In this document: positions 51,254-63,093 of the stretch, piece by piece
Layout of the letters: each line of letters begins with the position of its first letter
How positions within the stretch are numbered: position 1 is the stretch's first letter
Assembly (NCBI GenBank): GCA_002269645.1
Contig: NIVC01004015.1
Span: 1 to 64,000, forward strand
Direction: 5' to 3'
Length of the DNA stretch: 64,000 nucleotides
From: Macrostomum lignano
Taxonomy: Eukaryota
Position numbers and translations under genes: made by a program
Notes under the pieces: generated by a model
Seen by the model: the letters and a program-made list of their open reading frames with translations, nothing else
Told to the model about the DNA's origin: nothing
Databases searched by the model: none

Positions 51254-52952
51254 TTACACTGCATTCTCGCTATTCGCCGGAGCACCAGCTGGACCGCCGT
51301 CCCCGCTCCCGGCTGGACCCCGATGCCTGACGGTCGAGGCCGCAGACTGCAGGCTAGTCCCGCTGCCGTAGACGCTAGTTGGCAGGCGAGCTTTGACCAG
51401 ACCGCACGTCAGCGCTCGAACAAATCGCGCCCTGAACAGCTTATTTTTCCAAACAAGAATTATCCAGTTGATTGACTGGTTAAACAGAAGCATGATTTGA
51501 CCAACATCGCCAAGGTTAAGCACCGTGCGCAGCATGTTCTGGTCGGTGGTTGGGGAGAACACGGTCAGCTGCAGCACAATGTACTGGGCTATGCAGGGCG
51601 GCATGCCCGACAGAAAGTAGACCAAGGACAGGAACAAGACTACTATTGACGGCCCTATCTCGTCGGATTCTTTATCTTTCTCTCCGCTGTTGGCCATGCT
51701 TTTTCGGTTGCGCAATATTTTTAACACTTTGCGCAACAGAAACAGGTTGACAATGCTGATGGCCAGCAGTTGCACCATCGGAGGTATCATGAACAGGGCA
51801 TTGCGAATTATCGTCCAGATGCGTACACCTTGGCCGAAAAATGGAACTGCCAGACAGGCAATCTTGTTGTCAAGGATGTACCAGCCGGTGAAGACAGGGA
51901 CCGGAGCCACTAATATTAGCGATATCAGCAGCACTACTAGTAAGGCCTTCCAGGCGGAACGGTTTGTTAAAGTTCGAAATCTGAAGTCAAAATTAGACGG
52001 TTACTGCACACAGGCCTCTATAGAGATTAGGACAAACGAAATGCTTTGCAAGTCAAAGTGTTTTAGGGAAGCTTGTACATTAATCACTACAGTACTTGAT
52101 GCACGATAGTACACGCAGACGTAGAACTATTCATATAAGTCAATAAAAAACTTAACTATGCAACTTACATTAGAGGCTGTTGGTATATATTTATTATTTC
52201 ATCGACTTAAATATTTTCAAGGGTGCATTGCCAATACGAGGGTCGACCCACAGCTAGTTAGGGGCTATGTTAAGTACACACACACACACAGGTCGAATGC
52301 ATATTCAGGTTAATTTAAGCTCGTTATAGTAATTGCATACACTCTGTGTCTCTATGACTGGCCCCTGACGAGTTGACTATTTCGGCAGGTGCCTGATAAA
52401 TCCTAATTTAATGTGGCAGCTCTCTTACTTGAACGGATAATGGAGGGTGAGCACACGGTCCAGTGTCATCAGCAAGAACCAGTTCGCCGACAGTACGTGG
52501 AAGAAGTTGTGCACAAAACGAAACAATCGGCAGGCGAGATCAGACACGTTGACCATGAAGAAACCGACAGTACCGCGGCTGATCCAGGGCAGGCCTTTGG
52601 CAACTATCTGCCAGCCCAGGCCCCAAGAGATGAGATTGCCACTATCTGACACAGCAATCAGTGCCAGGTAAAGATTCTGGCGACATTTAAGCCTCTGCTC
52701 GGACAGCATCACATAAGTTGTCAGCGTGTTGCCAATAACGCCAAAGAAGACAATAACGGGCACAAAGAAGATGCCCAGAGCGCCGAGAACAGTGGCGCCG
52801 ATGCAGAACGGTCGCTTGGTTGGGTCGCCGCTGCGACAGTCGCGAAGCAGATCGTCCAGAGCGTCGAGATAGCCGATGGTGGCAGTGTCTTGAAGAGAAT
52901 CGTTCGCCGACATTTTCGATGCTGGAATGAGATGAAGCTCTGCAGGCTCCAT
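51254..52952 (-). CDS. Class A GPCR, srw-like paralog of 46519-47975, 416 aa, 2 exons
   Basis: Exons 52429-52952 and 51254-51980 (AA|GTAAGA ... ttcag|A, phase 2). Shares SWG..WQ..A.GLPWIS.GTVG...NVSD.ACR.FRFVHNFFH.LSANWFLLMT.DR with the plus-strand paralog. Confidence 0.92.
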
Positions 52953-55900
52953 CTATTAAATAATGCTTGAGAGGGCCAGGCTTAGCTAATCCTTGTTCAA
53001 GCGTTCAGCGTTTCCGTTTTCGGAGCATTTGACTGTGTTTGAGCTCAATGAGAATTGCTAATTAGCTTTTCTCATGTTCAGAAGATTTAATCAAATTTTA
53101 ATCAAAAGTAAAAAGAGTGTGAAATTTGGAATCAAAAGATTTCTTGAATTGGTGTGCAAAAGAGGCTCTGGTTCTTTAAGCATTACTTTGATGTTTTTGC
53201 TGTGATGAAGCAGTTGGAGGGTTTCGAAGCAGTTTCTTTCTGCTTTCTTTTTCAAAGCAGCTCACTTTTTCAGCTGATCTGTGATTGGCATGATTGAAAG
53301 CAGTGTCTGTATTCATTGGACTAGTAGCTAATAAGGAGGCTGGCAGACTTCAACTGAAAATATAAATTTTAATTGTCAAATTTACGTGTGACTTCATTAG
53401 TTAAAAGAGTTTTAATAAGATAATAATGCCAGTGGAGCATCAAAAAGCAAATTGAAAAAATCTGATTAAAATTAACAAACCGTTAACAGTAAAATCTAAT
53501 GACAATTATTGCGCTTCACTCTACTTTAAGTAGGATCTGTAAGTCATTTACCGTTTTATAAGACGCATCTTTTTCCACGCATCTTATAAACGAAGAACTG
53601 AACACACTCTACTTAGAAGTAACAAGCAATATGAATACAGGAATCCAAAATGAATGACATCAGGTTATACTAACGAAAACGTTGCAATCCAAGTTTTTGC
53701 ACAAAAAATGTGTATTCACTATATTAACTTCGCACTGCATTAGCGACTGACTTTTTGGTCAGCAAACACTGCAAACAAAACTGCTACAGATTCAAAGCTC
53801 CGTTTTTTATCCAGGATTTTTCGAGCTAGATAGAGTACGGAAAAAAATTAACGAACTCCCCATTAGTTAATTGCAAAATAAACACACAGAGTTGTCCAAA
53901 TTATCCGAGTTGAAGGCGTCACCCTAAGTACACTGCCACACTCATCTATAGATGCAAATGCAGCAGTACTATTTAAATATAAATTTACTCTAACGGAAAG
54001 ATTTCTGTAAATAAAATCCTGTATTTTAACGTGCATTATTGGAGAATAAGTGTAATCAAGCCTTCTAAAATCTGCGGGAAACATTTTAAATTGTATCATT
54101 GAATATCAATAAAAACATTTCCCTGGCTACTAAGAGCACTATATTGAAGCAGACAGACAATTGAGCCAAATGGGATTTAAACCTAAAGTCCCGAATCTTT
54201 AGGCTTTCCGGAGTGCAGAAAAACAAAACAAAACAAAAATTATCGGCTGAATTTCACTCGATAAATCAACTTGAGATGGCCAGACACGCTATTTGGTTAC
54301 TTGAACGAAGCGCAGTTTCACTTCTAGGTTAAGAACACAATTAACAGTATTAAGCGCTTATACATTCAACTTGAAAAGTACAGACTCAAGCACACAAATT
54401 ACAAGCACACCTTAACTTAAATAAACCTTCAATTAATACTCCCAAATAAGGATTGCGTTAATATCTTGATTCCTTCCAGGTTCTTACAGTGCATGGCTTA
54501 TTATGAAGTCAGTAAGGAAATTGAGGATTTAGTGGGAGGGATCTGTTGACTTAACTAAGGGATCTTGGTCTGTGTAGAACATAGGAACGTGTCCATACGC
54601 TCGTAGGCTCTGACGAAATTCAGAATCACCCACATGTCGTCACACTTTCGAATTGAGCAGCGGTCGGAAACCGGGGTCTGGGGTCGGAGAATGTCAAAAA
54701 GCTTCGCAGTCCTAAAAATAATCCATGCTCGTACTGCCGCATTAGCGCGCACGCACTAAAACAAATCATTATATTAAATCAAATTAAGAGTTCTTAAATA
54801 TATTCAATGCACTTTATGCATATATACCAATTGGAGTTATTAGTAAAACAAATACTACTGGTTAATAAATTTTGGTCTACTACATACAATACGAGCTTTC
54901 CAAGTCGCAAGCACGGAGAAAAGAAGTCCCACCGAGCAGAACGGTGAGACTTAAATTAAACCTACTCTGTTTCAGCTCAATTTCGCTTCTTTTTTTAGTT
55001 GAGACTCCGGCAATCAATTAGGAAAATTGTTTGCGCGGTCCTGCTTGAACGAAGAAAATCCAGGGTGTAAACTGTCTTTAATTAGTTGATCAAGTTACAG
55101 GGCCCTTTTGTTTCCAAAAAAGCTTTCTCTAATTGTTCTCTTTGTCAGTCATTCGAGGTGAAATCTGATATCACACAGTGTTTTGTTCAAACTGCATTCG
55201 CTTTGGCCAGATAACTTTCCTTTGTCAGCTAGAAGCAATTATCAGCAATTATGTAATTTTATACGCAGCGACCGAACTTCGCATTAGTTGACGTTAGCAA
55301 CTGCAATTTAGCACAAATGTTTTCCAGAAATGCAGATGCATCAGATGACAGTGTCGTTATTTTTCTCATTTTGATGACGAGAAATAGCCTTTTTCTTACT
55401 TTGGAATTAGCTATGGTTTAACTCTATCGATGTGACTCATGTTTCCACCGCGAAACCAGGGGCGTTCCACATTGAGGCCTCTGGTTGCTACGTCGTATCT
55501 GTTTGTCCCTGTTTTTATAGAGCTTTGATGAATCAACAAGACAGATTAAACACAAGTGAAAAGACCTTCATTTTATGCTGATGCCATTTGCTAAGCTTAC
55601 GAGTATTCTGCGCTTTCTCGTATATTAGAAATTTTCGAGAATATATCGAACTGGAGAGCTAAACAGTCAGTGTATTTTTGTACGAGTATTTTTGTCTTTA
55701 CTCGAAGTTTTGTCTGTTTGCGGCACTGTTAACCGAAATAGTGTGGTATTAGAGTGTCTAAGTGAAGCAACGACAAGCTAATTCGTGTGCTGAAACTAAA
55801 TTACTACAATAAATTAAATGAGAAGTCGCTAACGTAACTAGACTAAACAACTAAATTACTAAAACTACTGAATTACTAAAGTATAGACTAATTCTACTAC

Positions 55901-55984
55901 ACTTAACTCGTTAATATAAAATAGGTTTCTTCTGTTTTGCTAGATTGCATCCGTTGCGGTCACTGCCAACAAAATTCAGAAACA

Positions 55985-57059
55985 TCAGCCACTGGTTGAT
56001 GACCTACTAGACTTGAAGGCCGTGAATTTGATCACTCGCAAGTAAGATGCTCGGAACTCAGCATTTAATAGACCATAAACTATGGCGTTCATGCTGCTAT
56101 TAAAAAATGACATCCACACCGAGTACTTGTGAAACATATTGGACAGGTGGATATCCATCTTTTCAGTGATCACTTGAACCAAATACGGCACCCAGCAGGC
56201 ATTAAACACCAGGAAAGCCGCCATGATCGTAAAAATGGCCCTCCTCTCGTCCCTGCTCAATGTTGTATCGGCCGATTCACCCAAGTTAGCCTTGATCCGA
56301 TAGAGTTTCCAGAAAATTGCTCCGTAAGCAAAGCAGGAGATGCACAGTGGCAGAAACACTCCGAATGCAGCTAGCATGAAGGTAGCCGAGAACACATACT
56401 TTTCGTCGTAGTTGAAGCACGCGAAGGCATCGGCAAGGTAGGTAAAGTTATCCGTAGCTCCTTCTACGCCACTGTAGATAAACCAAATCACCCAAATCAG
56501 TAAAATTATTAGCAGCGTCGATCGTCCCGTGAAAATTCTGTCATAAAGGTGACGCTTGATAACGAAGCAATATCTGAAAGGGAGATTTTTTGGAGTTTAG
56601 AAAGTCTACAGAGATAAAAGAATATTTTTGAAACAAATTTTCATCTAACCTATTCAGAGCAATCGCACAGAAGTTGCTGTTCGATATGCCAGTGCAAGCG
56701 AATGATACGAAAGCATTAAATATGCATTGCGCATCAGTGAATATGTTCTTATTAGAGATGCGAGCAGAGAGCACACACGGCAGGACATATCCGCTAACGA
56801 GCAGGTCGGCAGAGGCAATGCTCAGTATAAAATAGTATTGCGGCTTCTGCATTCGTTTTGTTGTCAGAATGCTAATGATCAGCAGCAGGTTTCCAATAAC
56901 GCCAATAGCGATAAAGATCGATAAAACTACGCAGTCGGCAATCTTGTCAGCTAAGACGTCCGGCATTGGACAGGCGAACTCATCTCTGCTGTGCTCGTCC
57001 TCCTCCTCAATGCAGTCCCTTGGCGCCACCGTAGTGGAGGTTTCGTTGTCAGCCTCCAT
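55985..57059 (-). CDS. Melatonin-receptor-like class A GPCR, copy A, 332 aa, 2 exons
   Basis: Exons 56650-57059 and 55985-56573 (phase 2, 76-bp intron). The NRY motif is assembled across the intron. TM7 FFNSSMNAIVYGLLNAEFR..Y resembles MTNR1 NSCLNAIIYGLLNQNFR..Y. Ligand not established. Confidence 0.88.
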
Positions 57060-57648
57060 AGCCTGTCGCTCTGATGCCGGATCTTTGGGTCTGCCAATCG
57101 CGTTATTATTATTTTATATGACTTTAGCACAGCTCAGACACAGTGCTGCTATCCAATAAGACCATAGCTCAGTCGTTGGGGTAGACAAACTCAGACAGTA
57201 AATATGAACCAATGGCAAATATAGTGTTTGATTTGTTTTGCAGAGATGGGAAAGAGATTCTGACAGTGAAAAACAACAGTTTAAACTAATTTACTTAAGC
57301 AAAGCGGATGTACCATATGCATGAACGCGATGCCTTTATTTTCGTGCTTTTACAGGTTTGTCTAAGTTAAATCTACATCCGAAACTTTCCTGCAAGCAAT
57401 AAATCATAGAGCTATACACAATACAGCTAGTTCGTATATACTCGTATTAGGCTTAAGAGTCAAAATGGCTGCTTTCTACAACTTGGGTGAGCTAAACTAT
57501 CAAAAAACTACATACAGAAGCAAGCAGCTACGAGCTAAAACGAATAATGACTATTGTTGCTTTAGTCAAAAAAATATGCGGTTTTTGCAGTCCCAAGCTG
57601 CATAAAGATTGGTTTCATTCATTGTAGGTAATGTCAGTGAATCAAAAC

Positions 57649-58716
57649 TCAGGCTCTTGTCGATGGTCTAGCCTTGAAGGCCTTGAATTTGATCACTCGC
57701 ATGTATGACGCGCGAAAGTCGGCATTTAGCAAACCATAAACTATGGCGTTCATGCTGCTGTTAAAAAATGACATCCACACCGAGTACTTGTGAAACATTT
57801 CTGTGAGATCGACTTCCATCTTTTCAGCTATAGCCTGAACCAAATACGGCACCCAGCAGGAGTTAAACACCAGGAAAGCCACCATGATAGTAAAAATGGC
57901 CCTCCTTTCGTCTCTGCTCAATGTGGTTTCGATTGATTCACCCAGGCTCGTCTTGATCCGATAGAGTTTCCAGAAAATTGCTCCGTAAGCAAAGCAGGAG
58001 ATGCACAGTGGCAGAAACACTCCGAATACAGCCAGCATGAAGGTAGCAGAGAACACGCTTTTCTCGTGGAAGTTGAAGCATACGAAGGCGTCAGTAAGGT
58101 AAATGTAGTTACCTGTTGCACCTTTCACAGCACTGTAGATAAACCAAATTACCCAAATCAGTAAAGTTATAAGCAGCGTTGATCGGCCCGTAAAGATTCT
58201 GTTATAAATGTGACGCTTTATAACAAAGCAGCATCTGCGGGTAAGAAGCTTATGAATCTTAGAAACTCTAGGAATTAGAAAAATTACTATGAGACAAAAT
58301 TTTTCACCTAACCTGTTCAGAGCAATCGCACAGAAGTTGCTGTTCGATACGCCAGTGCAAGCAATTGACACGAAAGCATTGAATATGCATTGCGCATCAG
58401 TGAATATGTTCTTATTAGAGATGCGAGCAGAGAGCACACACGGCAGGACATATCCGCTAACGAGCAGGTCGGCAGAGGCAATGCTCAGTATAAAATAGTA
58501 TTGCGGCTTCTGCATTCGTTTTGTTGTCAGAATGCTAATGATCAGCAGCAGGTTTCCAATAACGCCAATAGCGATAAAGATCGATAAAACTACGCAGTCG
58601 GCAATCTTGTCAGCTAAGACGTCCGGCATTGGACAGGCGAACTTATCTCTGCTGTGCTCGTCCTCCCCTGCAGTCCTCTGCGTCACCGTAGTGGAGGTTT
58701 CGTTGTCAGCCTCCAT
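57649..58716 (-). CDS. Melatonin-receptor-like class A GPCR, copy B (tandem duplicate), 329 aa, 2 exons
   Basis: Exons 58313-58716 and 57649-58234 (phase 2, 78-bp stop-free intron). NRC replaces NRY; otherwise colinear with copy A. Confidence 0.88.
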   Translation of the reverse strand: MEADNETSTTVTQRTAGEDEHSRDKFACPMPDVLADKIADCVVLSIFIAIGVIGNLLLIISILTTKRMQKPQYYFILSIASADLLVSGYVLPCVLSARISNKNIFTDAQCIFNAFVSIACTGVSNSNFCAIALNRLGEKFCLIVIFLIPRVSKIHKLLTRRCCFVIKRHIYNRIFTGRSTLLITLLIWVIWFIYSAVKGATGNYIYLTDAFVCFNFHEKSVFSATFMLAVFGVFLPLCISCFAYGAIFWKLYRIKTSLGESIETTLSRDERRAIFTIMVAFLVFNSCWVPYLVQAIAEKMEVDLTEMFHKYSVWMSFFNSSMNAIVYGLLNADFRASYMRVIKFKAFKARPSTRA

Positions 58717-58904
58717 GGTCTGCCGTTCTAATCTCAGAAGTCTGATTTATGTGACGACGGCAGTTTGCGATATTTATATATTCTAAGCACAACAAACAGG
58801 CCGCAAGCCAATAGGGCCGTAGTTAAGGCGTTGGGGACAGGCACAGCCGTAAATTATCGACCAATGGTAGAATGCGTTGTTCCTATTATTCCTATCATTC
58901 CTAT

Positions 58905-59250
58905 CAACCAACCAACCAACCAACCAACCAACCAACCAACCAACCAACCAACCAACCAACCAACCAACCAACCAACCAACCAACCAACCAACCAACCAAC
59001 CAACCAACCAACCAACCAACCAACCAACCAACCAACCAACCAACCAACCAACCAACCAACCAACCCAACCAACCAACCAACCAACCAACCCAACCAACCA
59101 ACCAACCAACCAACCCAACCAACCAACCCAACCCAACCAACCAACCAACCAACCAACAACAACTAATCAACTAACAACCAACCAACCAACCAACCAACCA
59201 ACCAACCAACTAACTAACTTAAAAAGCAACAACTAATCAACTAACCAAAC
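58905..59250. repeat. (CCAA)n microsatellite
   Basis: Long caac/ccaa run, degenerate at the 3' end. Confidence 0.98.
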
Positions 59251-59619
59251 AATTACATGTAAACAGCCAAAACAAAAAAAACAAACAAGCAAAACGAAAA
59301 AGTTTTTAATCGCACATGTAAATTTGATTTCATCCATAACATAAAGTTCAGTCATTTTTATATAAAAACAAGCTGTTGAATCCCGCGAATTTTTAACCCG
59401 CTGCAGAATTCCGATCCCCGGAACTATTTTTGCATGCATTCTAAAATCTGAATTCATACTCAGACAGAAGATTGTTAATAGTTAACTTAGAATAGAATTA
59501 TTAGCTAGATAGAATTATTAATTATAATAGTAAATTTGTGTTAAATTTAGATTTGAGGCAAGCATTGATCTCGTTGGCTTGGGTGCCAGGCGGAATGACA
59601 AACAACTCTAGTTTGTTTT

Positions 59620-60685
59620 CTCATCTCTACTTTTTTCTTATCTCATATATAATCTCGTCTTTTCTCTTCTCCTCTCTCCTCCTTGCTCTCTTATCTCATA
59701 TATCATCTCGTCTTTTCTCTTCTCCTCTCTCCTCCTTGCTCTCTTATCTCATATATCATCTCGTCTTTTCTCTTCTCCTCTCTCCTCCTTGCTCTCTTAT
59801 CTCATCTCTCCTCTCCACTCTTCTCTCTCATCTTTCCTCTATCCTCTCCTCGCTCTATTATCTCCTCTCTATTCTCTCTCCCCTCCTTTCACTCCCATCT
59901 CTCCTCACTTCACTATTCTCTCCTCTTTTCTCTCTACTCTCTTCTCTCTCTACTCTCTTCTCTCTCTTCCCTTTCCTCTCTTCTCTTTCCTCCCTTTTCT
60001 CTCTCCCCTCTCTCCCTCTGCTCCCGCTTCTCTCTCCCTATTCTCTGTCTATCTCTCCTCTCCTCTATACTCATCTCTAGGTTGGTCTCTCCTTCCTCTT
60101 CTCCTCTTCTTTTTCCTATCTTTTCTCTTCGCTCTCCTATCTTCTCTCCTCTACTCTCTTATATATCCTCTCTCCTTTCTACTCTCTTATCTATCGTCTC
60201 ACCTCTCTCCCCCTCTCCCCTCTTCTCCTCTCTTATCTCTTCTTTCTCATTTCTCCTCTCCTCTCACCTCTCTCTCCTTTTCTCTCCTTTCTTCTCTCCT
60301 CTGTTCTCTCTCCCTTTTCTCTTATATCTTCCATTTTCTCTCTTCTCTCCTTCTCCCTCCCCTCTTTCGCCCTTCTCCCCTCTCCTCTCATTTCTCTCGC
60401 CCATCTTCTCTCTTTCTATCATCTCTCCCCTCTTCTTTCCCGTCTCTCACCTCGCTCAACTCTGCTCTCTTCTCTCTACTCTTTTCTTTTCTCTCCTCTC
60501 TCCTTCCTCCTCTTCTCCTCTTCTTTTTCCTATCTTTTCTCTTCGCTCTCCTATCTTCTCTCTTACTCATTTCTCATCTCTCTCCTCTTCTCTCTATCTC
60601 TCCTCACTTCTATCTTCTCTCCCCTTCTATCTTTTCTCGCTTCGCATTTCTTGTCTCCTCTCCTCTGTTTGCTTATCTCTAATCT
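59620..60685. repeat. Polypyrimidine (TC-rich) low-complexity tract with internal duplications
   Basis: Almost only C and T. A ~57-bp unit is triplicated at ~59640-59805, and a ~58-bp segment is repeated at ~60091 and ~60503. Confidence 0.92.
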
Positions 60686-60741
60686 TTTGTTCCATCTTCT
60701 TTGAGGTAAGACATTTGCCAAAATTTTTGGCTGAAGATTAA

Positions 60742-60990
60742 AAGGAGAGAAGAGGGGAAAGAAGAGCTAGGGGAGATAGTTGAGAGAGGAGGGAAGAGTG
60801 GAGAGAGGAGAGAAAGGTGGGAGAGGAGGCGAAGAAGTGGGGAGAGAGGAGAGATGGGAAGGAGAGGGAAGAGGAAAGAGGAGGGGGAAAGGAGAGGAGA
60901 GAGAGAGGAAACTGGGAGAGAGGAGTGGGGACAGAAAGAGAAAAGAGTTGAGAGAAGAAGGGAGGGAGGAAGGTAGAAGAGGGGATGGAC
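60742..60990. repeat. Polypurine (GA-rich) tract
   Basis: Almost only G and A. It starts about 55 bp after the TC tract ends. Confidence 0.9.
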
Positions 60991-61022
60991 AATTGCGTTG
61001 AAGAGGTACTACTAACTTTGCT

Positions 61023-61080
61023 AAAAGTTTCAAAGGACCCGCGGGGCGAGGCGAGGGCCGGGCCGGATAGAGGGGCTTAG
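61023..61080. mobile_element. 3' end of a hAT MITE related to 10658-10854
   Basis: aaagtttcaaaggacccg...ccggatagag(g/a)ggc...tttgccgactcctg, shared with 10805-10854. The 5' TIR was not found. Confidence 0.5.
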
Positions 61081-61204
61081 CGGTATTTTGCCGACTCCTG
61101 CTCCAGAGTTTAAGAAATCAATGGGAAACTGTTGGCGCCTATTGAAATCTGTTTGACTGATGTCAATGATCTTGTCTGTGGTTGAAGGATTCTATTCTGG
61201 GTTT

Positions 61205-62122
61205 GCTGCATTGTAATTATACTTTTACCCAGACGCAATGAAAAAATATTTTGGCCATTATTCCACAGTTTTGATGTGTACCATAGACATTTGGATTGAA
61301 AAAATCCATCGCTCAGTATTTTTGTTAATAAATACTCTCTTTATTGAATGAATGAACAAAAAGGAAAAATCATTAAAACTAAAGTACCAGCTACACGAAA
61401 AGAGTTAATAATAAATGTCACAGCTAGTGCAGTTTATCAGTTTGTAGTCGAAATTTGACAATGTAAAAATCAATTTGTCACCCAAAGTGAAACATGCACA
61501 GTTCTCAAAGCCGCAGTTTCCAAAGATGCTCGACACTTTAGCCTGATGATTTGGCACTGCAAAAGGAGTTGGTCTATGTTGAATGTTTCTATGAAAGAGA
61601 AATACAGGTGCTCAAGTATAGTTGCCGAACTTACCATTTGAAAGATGCACGTCTTGGTTAAGTTGGCTTGCGACTGATGAGCTTCGCCTGATGAGCTTCT
61701 TTGGTACCGCAGTATCCAAGCTGGGATTCTTTGGGACTGTCGGCTGCTCGACTGAATCGATTCACCGCTTTCAGGCATCGTTTATAGCCGTCGAGGCGTT
61801 GAAGACTGCATGGTCGCGTTTTCTTCCTAGGTAGCGCCGCACGGTTCGTTCAGTCGTCGACAGGAAGATTTTTTTAATTAATAAGCGCGGCTGTTTGACG
61901 AGATGCACTATAGCCATAGTTATGGTCAAACTAAGCCACACCACTCAGTCGTCTATGGGTAAAACAACTCTTATAACAGCCAATTGAAGCATGATAAAAA
62001 GAGTGGAATAATGACAGCGACAAAAGTGTGGAATAATGGCCGCAAAAGTGTGGAATAATGACTGAGCGCTGAGTGAAAGTATAAATACAATGCACTTGTA
62101 TAGTATGCAACTTCGTTGAATA
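61205..62122 (-). mobile_element. Non-autonomous Crypton-derived element (homolog of 28857-30235, MITE-free allele)
   Basis: Reverse-complement similarity to 28857-30235. Remnants STTERTVRRYLGRKRDHAVFNAS (Tyr 61831-61833) and IFGNCGFENC...FG* (~61478-61530). Confidence 0.6.
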
Positions 62123-62279
62123 ATGGCCATAGACACTCGTGCGCTACGCGCACTCGAGTTTTGGCCATTGCCCGAAATATTTGTTCATGGCAATGACCTC
62201 CGGACAATGACCGGCCATTTTCTGGAGGTAAAAAAACAAGACTGGACAACAATACCATAGGCGAAAAAAGTAACACGAA

Positions 62280-62730
62280 GCGTGAAATTCTGAATTCCAG
62301 CCCGGATACAGATGAGAGAGGCCGGCGAGTAGAACGAGCCATCCTGTTTCTTCAGCTTGAAGTAGAAGTACCGAAGATATTGGTTCAATGTAGGATTGTT
62401 GACATGCTGAATGTTGCGCAGATTCTCCCCTTCCAGGAAGTCTCGAAAACGTTGGCCATGCTGGTACATCTGCTTCCGAGTATCCTCAGGCAGACTCTCG
62501 ATCTTTCTGTCCATCTCGGAAACGTCTATCTTTTCATCTCCATCGATCATTGGCAGCCCAGTATCAGCTGGACCATTTTGGACATACTTCAGGAACGCAT
62601 CGAAATCTTCGTCGTGCCGATCAACGGCAGAGGATTCCGAGAGGAAGTTCAGTTCATCCTGCGTGATGTTGCCGAGGTCCTCACACGGGAGGTTACCCCA
62701 ATTAATATAATGTATTATCGGGTCGCTCAT
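62280..62730 (-). mobile_element. Crypton-type tyrosine recombinase, N-terminal fragment (truncated)
   Basis: ...DTRKQMYQHGQRFRDFL...TLNQYLRYFYFKLKKQDGSFYSPASLICIRAGIQ matches the conserved region upstream of the DUF3504 domain of CryptonA/KCTD1/ZMYM/QRICH1-type proteins (T...F..FL...L...L..FY...K.DG..Y...SL..IRAG). Confidence 0.8.
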
Positions 62731-62971
62731 GATGGACAGAAAACTCTTGAATCAACAGGTTTGGACAGACTACTTACTGCCTGGGAATCCCTCACACAAA
62801 CCCCTTCACCCCCACTGAAAGTTTTGCCATAGACATTTCAACCCTCCATTCAATCAATAGGATTGTCATTGCCATGAACTCTCCACGCCTTTTGGCTTTC
62901 GTGCCATAGACGTTTGTGCCTCCTCCTTCTGGGCCACTTCGATTCGTGCCATAGATATTTCCTGCAATGAA

Positions 62972-63073
62972 GTTAACTGGAAGAGAGAACTCCAGGCAAC
63001 GGCCAAATTTCCACTCGCGGCTAGCGCTGCTCGTGGCTTTGGCCGTTGCCTGGAGTTCTCTCTTCCAGTTAAC
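62972..63073. other. Perfect 36-bp inverted repeat with a 30-nt loop (102-bp foldback)
   Basis: gttaactggaagagagaactccaggcaacggccaaa (62972-63007) and its exact reverse complement (63038-63073). TTAA lies at both outer ends. Confidence 0.9.
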
Positions 63074-63093
63074 CCCCCATTGTCAAAAATCAG

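Noticed and set aside
52230-52258. gggtcgaccc hairpin followed by CTAGT, like a Helitron 3' end, inside a GPCR intron
   Set aside because: No matching 5' TC end or second copy identified. Too short to call.
58765-61033. NQPT/WLVG and Ser/Leu/Phe-rich ORFs up to 352 aa
   Set aside because: Translations of the (CCAA)n and TC/GA low-complexity tracts.
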